A DNA stretch of 64,000 bases from a virus, in IMG/VR virus record IMGVR_UViG_3300000970_000001, positions 1-64,000 of that record. One strand, written 5' to 3'. The notes beneath the pieces were generated by a model, which was given only the letters and a program-made list of their open reading frames with translations, was not told the DNA's origin and made no database searches. Of this stretch, positions 41,927 through 52,517 are shown one piece after another. The position numbers were made by a program, and so were the translations under genes. The number at the start of each line of letters is the position of its first letter. The stretch's first letter is position 1.

Positions 41927-43954
41927 TTATTTCCTCAATTCTATCTGATGGTCTGCATCAGGCTTTTGGTGTGATACTATTACGATTTGTCCAATGGTTG
42001 ATTTAAGATTGCGTAAACACTCAGCAGTATATGAGGCTCTATCTTTATCCATAGCGGCATCAATCTCGTCTGCTAAAAAGACACTGAATACTTTGTTAGT
42101 TAAAACTGTACCTAAACCTATTCTTATTGCTAGATTGGCTACAGCTTTACCAGAACCAGATAGTTCTTCAATGGCTTGTCCATCGATCTTGATGTTAAAT
42201 TGTTCATCAATCTCGACTTTGTTACGTTCTCCCTTAGTCATTTCTGAAATCAACATGCTTGATACTTTATTCAGACTTGGAACTAAGAACATCTTAACCT
42301 TTGGTTTCAAATCTTTCAAGCCGTTTTTAACATTTTCATCACGATTTATTGATTTTTTTAATGTTTCTATCTCTTTTTGTCTTTCATCCATGATTTTTTG
42401 TTGTTGTTCATAGCTCTTATACTCACTATCATACACAGCAAACCGACTAGCCTGTATACGCCAGAACTGAATCTCCTTATCTATACCAGATAGTTCTTTC
42501 AATCTCTGTTCCACAACATCTTTCTTTTCCATGAACTCATTATACTGACCAAGAATTACCCCATAAGATTCTAATGCTCTTGTCTCTTCTTTCTTAGTCT
42601 CTATCATATCAGTCAAGTCTACCATAAACTTACAAGCATCTTCTTGTGCATGAAGTTCAGTTCTGAGATCAAGATACTCTTGATGTAGTTTAAACTGTGC
42701 AATATCTTTCATGAGTAACATTTCAGTATCGTCTGGTTTCTCAACCTCAACAATATCAGGACGACACGAATAGGCATGAATCATATCCTCATACATCTTT
42801 AACTCATGTTCATTAGCTTTTATTTCACCAAACGGAGTGGTAGCAGGTATGAAGGCTAACTCAGCTTTCAAGTCTCTAAGTCTTTCATGTCCCCTAGCAA
42901 ATTCTCCATCACATAACGGACATGTTATACTGTGTTCTTCCTCTAACTCTATGTTTTTCTGTAGAGTAACTTTTTGTTCACTTAGCTCTCTATTCTTTAT
43001 CCATAATCTCTGCTCGTCAATCCACTCTTGCGTTCTTGGAGGCTCTGGGTATCTGAGAACAAGCTCCTGATACTGGTTCCATGCTTGAAGCTTCTCTTCG
43101 CGTTCCTGAAGTGACTTCTCATCTGTGACTGAACATGTTGAGGGCAAGGCTTCCATCTTTGCTGTGAGATAGTTAATGCGGGTTTTGATTTCATTGTATT
43201 TCTCCTGTTTAAGTTGTAAAGATTGCAGTGGCTCCTGTATTGTAACAGTAGGTGCTACAGGCTCCTCTATACTATTAGATTGCATCCATGCGTTGAGTTC
43301 TGTGAACTCTTTAAACTCTCGCTCTCCTCGCTCAAGTTTCTCTGTTCTCTTTGGTTCTGCCACATAACCTTCTGGCTTTTCAGGCTCTTGTAAACTTTGT
43401 AGCGTGGATTCAAGAGCTTCAACAGTGCGCTTGTTGGACGACATTTCGTTATTAACATGCTTAATCACTTTCTCGATAGCGTCTAGTCCTATCGTTCTTT
43501 CGACCATACGTTTACGTTCGGCAGGTGTTTTGTCTGACAGAGCCTCGACCTGTCCCTGTAGACAAGCGTTAGACACATCAAAGACTTCTAGGTTATAGCC
43601 TAATAGTTTTTCTATAGCTTCGTTGACAGGCTTCGTGCCTGACACAATGGTCTTATCGTTTTGTAAAAGACAATCACTACCTGTCTTATTACGTTTAACA
43701 GTGTAGGCATCATCGCTCTGTAGTGGTAAAAGAAATGTTAACTCAGACTTCAAACTCTTATAACCAGAAGAAGCTCCTCTAAGTGCTTTAGTTCCGAACA
43801 AAGCGTAACGAATCATTTCTATAACCATAGACTTCCCTGACTCGTTAGGGCCAGTGATAGCAGTCATACCATTATCGATATCAAAGTTACCCTTGATGGT
43901 TCTCATAGTGGACGCAAACGTGACATCATATTTAATCGTCTTCAACATCAGCAA
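41927..43954 (-). CDS. SbcC/Rad50-like recombination ATPase
   Basis: Walker A GPNESGKSM, a long coiled coil with a CPLC hook, signature LSGSGKAVANL, Walker B FLADEIDAAMD. Confidence 0.85.
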   Translation of the reverse strand: MLMLKTIKYDVTFASTMRTIKGNFDIDNGMTAITGPNESGKSMVIEMIRYALFGTKALRGASSGYKSLKSELTFLLPLQSDDAYTVKRNKTGSDCLLQNDKTIVSGTKPVNEAIEKLLGYNLEVFDVSNACLQGQVEALSDKTPAERKRMVERTIGLDAIEKVIKHVNNEMSSNKRTVEALESTLQSLQEPEKPEGYVAEPKRTEKLERGEREFKEFTELNAWMQSNSIEEPVAPTVTIQEPLQSLQLKQEKYNEIKTRINYLTAKMEALPSTCSVTDEKSLQEREEKLQAWNQYQELVLRYPEPPRTQEWIDEQRLWIKNRELSEQKVTLQKNIELEEEHSITCPLCDGEFARGHERLRDLKAELAFIPATTPFGEIKANEHELKMYEDMIHAYSCRPDIVEVEKPDDTEMLLMKDIAQFKLHQEYLDLRTELHAQEDACKFMVDLTDMIETKKEETRALESYGVILGQYNEFMEKKDVVEQRLKELSGIDKEIQFWRIQASRFAVYDSEYKSYEQQQKIMDERQKEIETLKKSINRDENVKNGLKDLKPKVKMFLVPSLNKVSSMLISEMTKGERNKVEIDEQFNIKIDGQAIEELSGSGKAVANLAIRIGLGTVLTNKVFSVFLADEIDAAMDKDRASYTAECLRNLKSTIGQIVIVSHQKPDADHQIELRK

Positions 43955-44993
43955 GCTCCTTATAAGTGTCCCACATTGTTTCTATGTATTCATCATCAAC
44001 ATCATGTGCTTTTAATGTCTCTTTAAATAACTCAGAGAAATTAAAGTTCATAAGATCAACCTGAATTGGGTCTTCTGAGTTACCCTCACGTATGATTTTA
44101 TACTGAAACTGAAGTACATCTAAATCTTCTGGTAAGTCTTCTTCTGGTTTAATTAAAAGTCTAAGACATTTATTGTGATACACTTTAGGATCAACTTCTA
44201 CCTCTTCTTCGTACTCTTTTAATGTACGTGTAACATATATCAATTCATCAGGGTCTTCACCATGCGTGTAAGGTTGCATAGAACCTGTTACAACAACCTT
44301 AGTGTATGGGTGGAGAGCTATTAAATCTTTGGTAATCTTTTCACCTGTCTCAGCGTGTATGTAAAACTCTGAGGGTGTATGAATGTGACCTGTCACAATT
44401 AAGTCAGTAAACTGAGATAGGTAGACATAAGGGCATAGGTTGTGATCGTCACCACCATAACTCTCGATATCCCAATGACCAAATGCACCATGAACATAAC
44501 CAAACTGTTCTAAGTTAGCTCCCTCGCACATTTCTTCAGTAGTAGCAAAGCAGTTGTAACCATTGAGTAACAAATTAGTAGTACTATCTCTACTGGTATA
44601 AATACCAAAGTCTTGTATGATAATTATGTTTCTTATACCAGATAACATGTGACATAGTAGATCAAAAGATGAAAATCTATTTTGATCTCTACTAATATCA
44701 TGGTTTCCTCTTAGAATAACGTAATCAATTTGAGGATTAGTAATCGCTGCATGTGAATACAACTGATAGGTTGCCATTACTATAGTAGGATCAACGATAA
44801 ACTTATCAAATATATCTCCCATCATAATATTAACATTACAATCTTGATCCATTAGCTCTAGAGAAAACTGGGCTAACTGTCCCTCTTCTCTATCGCCTTT
44901 ACGGGTCAATGGAGTCCCCACTGAGAAATTTCTTCCTAAGTGGGGGTCACCTATTGTTTTTACTTTTAATCCTGTGTCGAGTACGATCTTCAT
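43932..44993 (-). CDS. SbcD/Mre11-like nuclease
   Basis: Phosphoesterase motifs GDPHLG, GDIFD, GNHD and GHIH. The start was moved to ATG 44993 (MKIVLDTG), 1 nt after the upstream stop. Confidence 0.85.
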   Translation of the reverse strand: MKIVLDTGLKVKTIGDPHLGRNFSVGTPLTRKGDREEGQLAQFSLELMDQDCNVNIMMGDIFDKFIVDPTIVMATYQLYSHAAITNPQIDYVILRGNHDISRDQNRFSSFDLLCHMLSGIRNIIIIQDFGIYTSRDSTTNLLLNGYNCFATTEEMCEGANLEQFGYVHGAFGHWDIESYGGDDHNLCPYVYLSQFTDLIVTGHIHTPSEFYIHAETGEKITKDLIALHPYTKVVVTGSMQPYTHGEDPDELIYVTRTLKEYEEEVEVDPKVYHNKCLRLLIKPEEDLPEDLDVLQFQYKIIREGNSEDPIQVDLMNFNFSELFKETLKAHDVDDEYIETMWDTYKELADVEDD

Positions 44994-44994
44994 C

Positions 44995-45546
44995 TTAGTT
45001 CCCTGTTTTATCCATGTGGGCGAATAGAAGTTTAAGTTGATAGAAACAATCATTCAAAGCATTGTGAGCTACAGCGTCATGTGAAACTTCTTTTTCTGTT
45101 ACCTGACATACAGGTTCAGGATAGTAAAGTCCACTAATAAATGTATTCATGTCTTTTGCTGTACGATAATTCAATGGGTTCACTAGATCACAATCACTAA
45201 AGTAACTGGATAGGAACATGAAATCAAAGTGCGTAGGCTTAGACCAGAAACGTAGATTGGGTGTCTTTACAATCCATTGTTGTAGTTGTTGCATCACTTC
45301 ACGATATGGTTTAGCTCTCATTGTAATATCTTTAAGAACCTGTGGTGGTTGCTTTGCCCACCAATCCATTGTTCCTTTATCCCAATGTCTAAATGGTGCA
45401 AAGGTAAGAGCTTCATCGAAGAAGTCACTGTCAATCTCTCGTGTCTCTAGGTTAAACTTTACAGCACCAACCTGTAGGATGGCGTTACGATCTGGTTGTA
45501 GACCAGATGTTTCAATATCAATCATTACGTCTGTATATTCGGGCAT
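44995..45546 (-). CDS. DnaQ-like 3'-5' exonuclease (DEDDh)
   Basis: Carries VMIDIETSG and HNALNDC. The start was moved to ATG 45546, which has a GGAGAA RBS. Confidence 0.7.
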   Translation of the reverse strand: MPEYTDVMIDIETSGLQPDRNAILQVGAVKFNLETREIDSDFFDEALTFAPFRHWDKGTMDWWAKQPPQVLKDITMRAKPYREVMQQLQQWIVKTPNLRFWSKPTHFDFMFLSSYFSDCDLVNPLNYRTAKDMNTFISGLYYPEPVCQVTEKEVSHDAVAHNALNDCFYQLKLLFAHMDKTGN

Positions 45547-45550
45547 TATA

Positions 45551-45847
45551 TTATTCTCCAGTTTCTTCTTTGATAAAATTACTAATCCGTTCTTTTTTCT
45601 CCTGACGTTCGCTAAAACATAGGCCAGTATCAACTTCTACACCTAACATTTGTAGAATAGCTATTACATCATTAGCTTCGGAAAGAAAATCATCTCGATT
45701 AGTCATATCAGTGTTTTTGTAACTGTCTGGATTAAATGAATCTTCGCCATGTCTTAACCATTTTGAAGACGCTTGAATTAATTCACCACACTCTTCCATC
45801 AAACATACTAATAAATAATCTTCTCTGTTATCCATTATATTTTCCAT
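45551..45847 (-). CDS. small MazG-like / NTP-PPase fold protein
   Basis: 98 aa with MEECGELIQA, an EExGE motif. Confidence 0.45.
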   Translation of the reverse strand: MENIMDNREDYLLVCLMEECGELIQASSKWLRHGEDSFNPDSYKNTDMTNRDDFLSEANDVIAILQMLGVEVDTGLCFSERQEKKERISNFIKEETGE

Positions 45848-46251
45848 TCATAGTTTGTTAAGTCTTCCCATTTAAATGACTTTTTGTCATGTCCATGAAA
45901 AGCTAGGGCTGGGACTTTGTACCACTTGTCTGTGTTCACATTATGCAAGAAGAAGTAGTACTCACCCCCTGCCATTTGTTGTCTTCTCGAAGAACCCATT
46001 TGGGTACTAGAAATCTGAGAGAATGGGAAAGATGTTTTATTATTAGAGGACTTAACCTCAGCATAAAACATCTTTCCTTCTATCGTCACGATGTAGTCGC
46101 TAGGCTGTGCTTTAGTAAAAGCGGCCTTACCAGACCTTCCCCTAACCTCTTTACTATCTGTGACTCTATAAATGAACGCACGTTTACCGTATGCGCGTTT
46201 AATTCTCAGCTCAAAATCGTCTTCTGAATCTGTTCCTGTATTCTTAACCAT
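45835..46251 (-). CDS. PD-(D/E)XK nuclease-like protein (possible junction resolvase)
   Basis: PSDYIVTIEGKMFYAEVKSS fits D...E-x-K. The assignment is tentative. Confidence 0.4.
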   Translation of the reverse strand: MVKNTGTDSEDDFELRIKRAYGKRAFIYRVTDSKEVRGRSGKAAFTKAQPSDYIVTIEGKMFYAEVKSSNNKTSFPFSQISSTQMGSSRRQQMAGGEYYFFLHNVNTDKWYKVPALAFHGHDKKSFKWEDLTNYEWKI

Positions 46252-46454
46252 AAAGATTTTTCTCTTTTGCTTTTAATTTTATATTTGTCGTCTAATAATT
46301 CTTGAGGAAAACCGTGTATATCGGTAAAGCCGCATTGTCCACAGTCACTACCACACGTATCACAAACTAAGTAACCATCCTTTCCGATTGTGGCTTCGCC
46401 TCTTTCAAGCTTACTCTCTGCTCTTAATTTTAGAAAGTTTTGGTGGGCTTTCAT
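46206..46454 (-). CDS. small Cys-rich protein
   Basis: 82 aa with CDTCGSDCGQCG. Confidence 0.4.
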   Translation of the reverse strand: MKAHQNFLKLRAESKLERGEATIGKDGYLVCDTCGSDCGQCGFTDIHGFPQELLDDKYKIKSKREKSLWLRIQEQIQKTILS

Positions 46455-49105
46455 TACGCTGCCTTTCTTTGTTCGAAGAGATAATCAACACATGATTTAA
46501 TCTCGTCATTGTTAAGCTTACTATCAACTTTGAACCCGAGGATTTCTGGTGCTTCATCGACCTCGATCTGTCCCAAGGTTTTCTTAGGTGTCCAAGGTTC
46601 GAATGTTAAACCAACAGAGGCTGTTGAGTCAACCGCTAAATTAGAAATAATTTCAGGATGGTGACACATTTTTTCTTTAGCCATATCAATGAAATCAACT
46701 ACTTCGTTTTTATTAACAGAGAATACAAGTTCATCGTGGATAGGCATCTTAAATCTACCTTTAAATCCTGCTGAGATAATCTCTTTTCTTATCTCTAAGA
46801 TTGATCTCTTAGCAAGAGTCGCACAACTTCCTTGAATCATTGAGTTAACAATTTGGTTTCCTGCTCTACTTCTTATCTTCTGTAGTGCTGTGGCATAGAA
46901 GTTAGTAAGTGGTCTACTATTATACTGTTCTATAATACGAGAGAATGCTGTACCAAATCGGTGTGTGGCTTCCTCACGGTAGCGTCTAAGACCATCTGGT
47001 AGTTCTACATAACCATTCCATTTTGCTTCGTCAATCAGATCAGTTCTCCACTTCTCTGCCACTGCAAATCTTGTGCGATACTTATCAGTAGCATCCCACA
47101 TCTGATCTGAACTCCAACCTAGTCTGTCACCAACAGTAGACAATGCGCCTGAGTACCAGTAGTTGAAGTTTGATCCCTTACCTACTTCTGTTCTCCAGTA
47201 GCCTTTACGCTTACCTTTATCGATAGCAATACCATTAGCGTTATACAGAAGACCAGTTACGATATCATCTTCTGACCATCTGTCAGCATTAACTAGCATT
47301 TCTTCTGTAACTTCAGGCCAAACAACACTAAGAACATCTGCTGCTGCTCCAAGGTGGAGGTCTTCATATGGTGTTTGACCATATGCTTTGGCAAATTCAG
47401 GATCGCCTGACAGTTCTCCAATGAGAACAAGCTCAATCTGTGACCAGTCTAAGGAGATCAAGACTTCATCTTCGTGGTCAGGTAGATAGAAACCTCTCAC
47501 ATAGGTACTATCTCCACGCTTACTGAGCTGCATACCGTTAGGGTACGACATAGCCATACGGCGTGATGCCAACTTAGATGACAGGACTGGATACATACGA
47601 TCCGTCTCTGGGTCAGTTAACTTTAAGTAAGGAGTAATATATAGTTTCATGCGTTGGTCAATACCCGCAAGCCTATTGAAGGCAACAAGTGCAGCTTCGC
47701 ATTGATCTAACCATTCAGTTGTGCGATCCTCGTACCCCTCTGGTGTGTTCTTAACAAGATATTCTTGATCAGTGCGACATCTATTTATACGTTGAAGAAG
47801 GTTACCTCGTGACTCGCCATCGCTTTGGGTCTTGCCCTTGGAAACGTAGTTACGCATACGCATCAAGTCGTACATTAAAAGACGTACTTGATAGTAGTGC
47901 TGTATAGATAGACTTTGGTTCTTTGTTGAAGGTATTCCTTGCCAGTCGTTACTAACTGCTGAGGATACTTGCTTACATTGGTTAAAGTCAGACTCATCAT
48001 TAGGTGTCTCTATCCATGCTTCAAAGCGTTCTCTCAATTCAGCTGGCTTCTTAGCGTACCATTTGTCATTCTTCATAAGTCCACTATGCGGTTCAGTTGG
48101 GAATGGGAGCAGTGCTTGACAAGCAGTCTTCAACTCACGTAGTGCTTGAGCATACTCTGATCGCTCGATGTCTTGACGCTCAAGGATAGATGGCTGGTTA
48201 ACTAATAGCCCTTGTCTCCATAGATCAGCATACACATGGATCATTGGATTCTCTTGTTCCATGAAACACTGAATAGCATTTGGACAATGAGTTTTCATGA
48301 ACTCTAACAATTTATAGAATAGTTTCACACACCAGAATGCATCATCAGCACCATAAGCAACAACCTCGGGTCCTGTCAATGCCCCCATGTTTTCTTTGTC
48401 ACCTAGAGTATCATCGAAAGAGGCCATCTCGAAACCGAACCAAGATTTGACTGCTTGCTTGAGTCCGTAACCATAAGCTATAGATTTAATGAACCCATTG
48501 TAACAGTGGTCAGCATCAGACTGCTTAGCGATTACCTTAATCAAAAGCTCGTGCTGTGAGGGAGTCATGTTGTCGCCCTGTTGCCATGTAGCGAACTCTC
48601 TTGAGATATCTGTGTTGAGTTTTTTCAAACCACCCAACTGTCCTGCTATCCATTTGTCTTGTGGGTATTCGTCAGGACTGTAAGCTGACACTGCCATTTG
48701 TAGTGTACAGATAAGGTTTTCTCCGAACTCATAGTTCAAAGACTTACCCATCATTGTAATTTCAAAGGGTGCATTATGAGCACAAATCAAAGTGGTATCA
48801 GGAATTGCGTGTAGAATTTTAACAGCTTCTTCCCAAGGGACTCTCTTGTCCTCGTCAGCGTGACTAAGATTTACGTAGTATGCGTTCTCGTCACCTTCAG
48901 AATAAACTGAGAAACCTGCTATGATGGTACGCTCTGTATCAAATACTAATCGCTTTTTGTTACGGTAAGTAGCAATGCCTTCGTGGGCTTCATCGTAAGT
49001 TTCTATATCAAAACCTACAACTGGTGCAGTCATTAGACTACAGATGTGTGGTATTAAAACCTCATAGTTTGTTGCGTCTACTAGGATCGGTGTTGCACTC
49101 TTCAT
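46454..49105 (-). CDS. family A DNA polymerase with a 3'-5' exonuclease domain
   Basis: Exo I VGFDIETY, motif A ISLDWSQIELVLIG, motif C PIHDELVF; 883 aa. Confidence 0.93.
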   Translation of the reverse strand: MKSATPILVDATNYEVLIPHICSLMTAPVVGFDIETYDEAHEGIATYRNKKRLVFDTERTIIAGFSVYSEGDENAYYVNLSHADEDKRVPWEEAVKILHAIPDTTLICAHNAPFEITMMGKSLNYEFGENLICTLQMAVSAYSPDEYPQDKWIAGQLGGLKKLNTDISREFATWQQGDNMTPSQHELLIKVIAKQSDADHCYNGFIKSIAYGYGLKQAVKSWFGFEMASFDDTLGDKENMGALTGPEVVAYGADDAFWCVKLFYKLLEFMKTHCPNAIQCFMEQENPMIHVYADLWRQGLLVNQPSILERQDIERSEYAQALRELKTACQALLPFPTEPHSGLMKNDKWYAKKPAELRERFEAWIETPNDESDFNQCKQVSSAVSNDWQGIPSTKNQSLSIQHYYQVRLLMYDLMRMRNYVSKGKTQSDGESRGNLLQRINRCRTDQEYLVKNTPEGYEDRTTEWLDQCEAALVAFNRLAGIDQRMKLYITPYLKLTDPETDRMYPVLSSKLASRRMAMSYPNGMQLSKRGDSTYVRGFYLPDHEDEVLISLDWSQIELVLIGELSGDPEFAKAYGQTPYEDLHLGAAADVLSVVWPEVTEEMLVNADRWSEDDIVTGLLYNANGIAIDKGKRKGYWRTEVGKGSNFNYWYSGALSTVGDRLGWSSDQMWDATDKYRTRFAVAEKWRTDLIDEAKWNGYVELPDGLRRYREEATHRFGTAFSRIIEQYNSRPLTNFYATALQKIRSRAGNQIVNSMIQGSCATLAKRSILEIRKEIISAGFKGRFKMPIHDELVFSVNKNEVVDFIDMAKEKMCHHPEIISNLAVDSTASVGLTFEPWTPKKTLGQIEVDEAPEILGFKVDSKLNNDEIKSCVDYLFEQRKAA

Positions 49106-49430
49106 CTAAAAACTCCTCTATTCTATTTAAATATCTATCATACATGTAGGGTTCTGACTTTGGAGAAAACCATAAGCAACCACTCCAATCCCAAACGCTC
49201 CCGTCTATTTCAGTAACAACGTGGTTACTTGAGAATAAACACTTAGCATCTGGAAACCTTCGTTTCAACTCTAAATGAAATAACATACACTGACCCCACA
49301 TAAAATTAGCAGTGGGATGAGCTTCTTCAATTTCTTTTTTTATTTCTTCAAAGTCTCGGAACATGTCATAGACTTTACTGTCTTTGACTTTTCCGAGTTT
49401 GAATATGTTAGGATGCGTCTTTATCATCAC
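49062..49430 (-). CDS. hypothetical protein
   Basis: 122-aa ORF overlapping both neighbours. Confidence 0.45.
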   Translation of the reverse strand: MMIKTHPNIFKLGKVKDSKVYDMFRDFEEIKKEIEEAHPTANFMWGQCMLFHLELKRRFPDAKCLFSSNHVVTEIDGSVWDWSGCLWFSPKSEPYMYDRYLNRIEEFLDEECNTDPSRRNKL

Positions 49431-50643
49431 GAAATCTTACAAAGCGTGGGTGACGTAGAGAACCATCAGGAGTTACCTCATGGTATTGTACTTCGGCTAT
49501 AAGACCTATCAGTTCGTCTTGTATATGCCACATGTCCTGTCTATCTTCATCACTAAGACCTGAACCAACACGTACTTCAACACCTTTGTGATCCACAATA
49601 AGTCCACCTAGCTGTCCCTCGTACTTGCCCTGTCCCTCGAAAACACCGACCACTTCTAAGTCAGCATCGTTGCAGTCTTTAATCTTCATCCAATTGTATG
49701 AGCGTTTAGGCTCATAGATACCATCACCATTCTTTACAATAACTCCTTCTTCACCATTGTTAAGTAGAGAATTAAAATAATCAATGATCTCTTCATCGTT
49801 ATGAAGAGTACGGCGACTAACTGGCACAAGATTAGGTTGAGAGTTCAGACTTGGTATACGCTTCATTCTTTCAGTAAATGGTGTGTCGCCATTACCAGTA
49901 AACTCTTCATGCGTTAGAACTTCAAAGATATGAAACTTTGCTTCACTAGCAACTTGATCTTTCTTACGTAATACAGAGATTGAAATATTAAAATTATCAC
50001 CTGATGTAAGTTCACCATCAATGTATAAATTACCACCATTATGTGGTGTAAACACATTCATGATTTGTTTTTCAAGATGTGGAATAGAAGTAATCGACTT
50101 ACCATTACGAGATACAAAACGGACACCTGAGGTGTTTACAATAGCTACGGCTCTCATACCATCTAGCTTTGGCTCTACGTATACAGGCCATGCTGTAACA
50201 CGGTTAGGGTCGTACTTATGAGCCAGCATAGTTTCAAATACAGGAATAAATCCTTTACCGAAAGCTTTATTACAACTGCTTACAGAGATACCACAACGTA
50301 AATCCTTTTGAATGATGTGATAAATTAACCATGCTTGACTGTGAGTCGAAAGAGACATAGCTTTTTCAACAGCTTGGATAGCTGCGTTACCTGTCAGTTC
50401 TCTATTGGCTAGCTTGTCTAATAGTTCAAAGACTTCATCAGGAGTTATTGAAGAAACTTTTGCTCCCTCAGGTAGGTACTGTAATTCAATACTGCTGGCA
50501 AGACCAAAGGTTTTGAATGGATCAAAGGCGTATTGTAAAACCTTCTTTCCTGTCTTATCAAACTTCTTGATCAGTGCTATTTTTTTATTCTTGGATGGTT
50601 CATCTGTGATCTTTTCTATAAGATCAAAAGTTTTATCTAACAT
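49408..50643 (-). CDS. ATP-dependent DNA ligase
   Basis: Adenylation motif VEPKLDGMRAV, plus EGVIVK and a C-terminal OB-like part; 411 aa. Confidence 0.88.
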   Translation of the reverse strand: MLDKTFDLIEKITDEPSKNKKIALIKKFDKTGKKVLQYAFDPFKTFGLASSIELQYLPEGAKVSSITPDEVFELLDKLANRELTGNAAIQAVEKAMSLSTHSQAWLIYHIIQKDLRCGISVSSCNKAFGKGFIPVFETMLAHKYDPNRVTAWPVYVEPKLDGMRAVAIVNTSGVRFVSRNGKSITSIPHLEKQIMNVFTPHNGGNLYIDGELTSGDNFNISISVLRKKDQVASEAKFHIFEVLTHEEFTGNGDTPFTERMKRIPSLNSQPNLVPVSRRTLHNDEEIIDYFNSLLNNGEEGVIVKNGDGIYEPKRSYNWMKIKDCNDADLEVVGVFEGQGKYEGQLGGLIVDHKGVEVRVGSGLSDEDRQDMWHIQDELIGLIAEVQYHEVTPDGSLRHPRFVRFRDDKDAS

Positions 50644-50652
50644 ATTTGCTCC

Positions 50653-50922
50653 TTAGTTAGCGAGTGGTATTCCTGTTCTAGATTGAGATAGACCTCTTAA
50701 TAGTTCTTCAAATTCTGCTGTGACAATTTGGGTGTCAGCTTCAACCCATAAACCTATTTGTTGCTTTGTTATTGAGTGGTGACAGTATAATGCAGCGGCA
50801 GCTAAAGCTCCTCTCATTACTGTGACATCATCAACTCTCTCTGCTATTTTATTAACCAAAGCTAAAATTTCATTACAGACATCAACTTCTTCTTGGTTTT
50901 CAAAGATTAATTTTTCATTCAA
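50653..50922 (-). CDS. hypothetical protein
   Basis: 89-aa ORF. Confidence 0.45.
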   Translation of the reverse strand: MNEKLIFENQEEVDVCNEILALVNKIAERVDDVTVMRGALAAAALYCHHSITKQQIGLWVEADTQIVTAEFEELLRGLSQSRTGIPLAN

Positions 50923-51701
50923 AGCATGTACTCTTTCAAAATTGGTGTAGCTAGCTCTGGTCTTTTAAGACCAACCTTGGTATGTTCTTCAATTAAATCT
51001 TCTGGTACAGGTATAAAATTAATAATCTTATAGAAGTCTAAAAGTAACTGACGGTTATCTTTTTTAACCATCCAGTTTTTTACTGTCTTACTTAAAGGCT
51101 GAACTGTATCAAGTTGTTCGAGAACTCTCTCTTCAGTTTCATTAATATATGAAACTACAATAGCAGATAAAGTTTGCATATCTTGTTCAGAAAGTTTTTC
51201 CCATGTGCCTTTTCCAAAGCCCTTCGCCCCTGGAATATTATCGGAGGAGTCACCAACTAATGTCTTGTTCAGTGCAATCCATTGTGGTGGACCATGATTC
51301 TTAGAGGTAGCTAAGGGAAATCCTAACTGTGCTAAGTCACCATCGTTGCTTTCAATAAATATCTCATGACCTGCATCACCATATCGTCTAGCCAGATAAG
51401 CAATAACATCGTCAGCCTCAAACTCTGGTATCCGAATTGATAGTCCTTTACCAAACTCAAGAAGTTTAGCTAACATATCTTGGCTGTCGTAAATCGATTC
51501 CCCTGCAGCTTTACGTGAAGCTTTGTATTCAGGATAAATTTCTTTTCTCTTTTTACGTGAATTAAAACCATCCCATACAACAATGGGAAAAGAGGGTGAG
51601 TTTTGTACTTCAAAGAAACAAGAAGATACAGCTTTACCTTCCATATCTGTTTCTATACGTCTGCGAAACCAGTTGTTTCCGTCATATATTGTAATTTTCA
51701 T
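50919..51701 (-). CDS. 5'-3' exonuclease / flap endonuclease
   Basis: Carries EADDVIAYLA, SNDGDLAQL and GDSSDNIPGAKGFG. Confidence 0.9.
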   Translation of the reverse strand: MKITIYDGNNWFRRRIETDMEGKAVSSCFFEVQNSPSFPIVVWDGFNSRKKRKEIYPEYKASRKAAGESIYDSQDMLAKLLEFGKGLSIRIPEFEADDVIAYLARRYGDAGHEIFIESNDGDLAQLGFPLATSKNHGPPQWIALNKTLVGDSSDNIPGAKGFGKGTWEKLSEQDMQTLSAIVVSYINETEERVLEQLDTVQPLSKTVKNWMVKKDNRQLLLDFYKIINFIPVPEDLIEEHTKVGLKRPELATPILKEYML

Positions 51702-51711
51702 ATCAATTCTC

Positions 51712-51748
51712 CCAAGAAAAATGTGGGGAGGCCCATGCTCCTCCCCAC
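51712..51748 (-). terminator. intrinsic terminator
   Basis: Minus-strand RNA GUGGGGAGG AGCAUGGG CCUCCCCAC followed by AUUUUUCUU. Confidence 0.7.
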
Positions 51749-51760
51749 ACCGCGCACATA

Positions 51761-52429
51761 TTAGTCTTCTAGAACTTCTACAAGTTCAAAAGTAAGAATA
51801 CCCCAAGTATAAGAGTCCTTAGCCTTAGCTTCGAAGCCCACTTTAACTTTGATTTTCTTACCTAAGTCACCTTGTGCTTTCAACTGTTTCATCAAGCCAG
51901 AGAAGTTACCCCAGTTTGTAGTTGAAGTTGAGTGACCTAGAGTTTGACCAGCTTCGATAAGCTTCGTACCATCCTTATGTACAATGTCTTCTACTGCTTC
52001 CAGTTGAAGGTCTGCACTAGCATAAGGACGTACGCCAGGGTCGACTTGCTTAGCACGAGCAAGAGCTTCTTGCCATGTACCTACACCATCACACGTTGCG
52101 CGATCATAAGTTTTTAGGTACTGTGCAGGTTTTCCAAACTTAACAACATCACAGCGTTGAACTGTAGCGGTGTCAAGAATGAATTCAGCATCGTCAAAGA
52201 ACTTAGCAGCGTGGCTCCCAACAGTCAAACCAACTTCCTTAACCTTAAGCCAATCGTCAACAGACATTCCACCTGTGGTAAGATCGTCAAGTCCGAATGC
52301 AACACCTGTATTTGCTACCTGTGCTACTGCTGTCGCTTGTGGTTGAGTTGTTGCTACGTCTGTAACGGGTGCGGCTTCTGCTGCTTGTTCTTTTGCAGCT
52401 GCGATAGCTGCGTCTACTGGGTTAGTCAT
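51761..52429 (-). CDS. hypothetical abundant-looking protein (function unknown)
   Basis: The ORF has a strong RBS AAGGAAG before ATG 52429 (the track start 52459 is less likely) and is followed by a terminator. It has an Ala/Gln-rich N-terminus and no verifiable motif. Confidence 0.5.
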   Translation of the reverse strand: MTNPVDAAIAAAKEQAAEAAPVTDVATTQPQATAVAQVANTGVAFGLDDLTTGGMSVDDWLKVKEVGLTVGSHAAKFFDDAEFILDTATVQRCDVVKFGKPAQYLKTYDRATCDGVGTWQEALARAKQVDPGVRPYASADLQLEAVEDIVHKDGTKLIEAGQTLGHSTSTTNWGNFSGLMKQLKAQGDLGKKIKVKVGFEAKAKDSYTWGILTFELVEVLED

Positions 52430-52517
52430 ATTCATCTTCCTTTTTAGTTTCGTTTTCATGTTAGAACAATCACTATTGACTGAACTTCGGTTACCTTACT
52501 CCTATTAAAAAACGGAG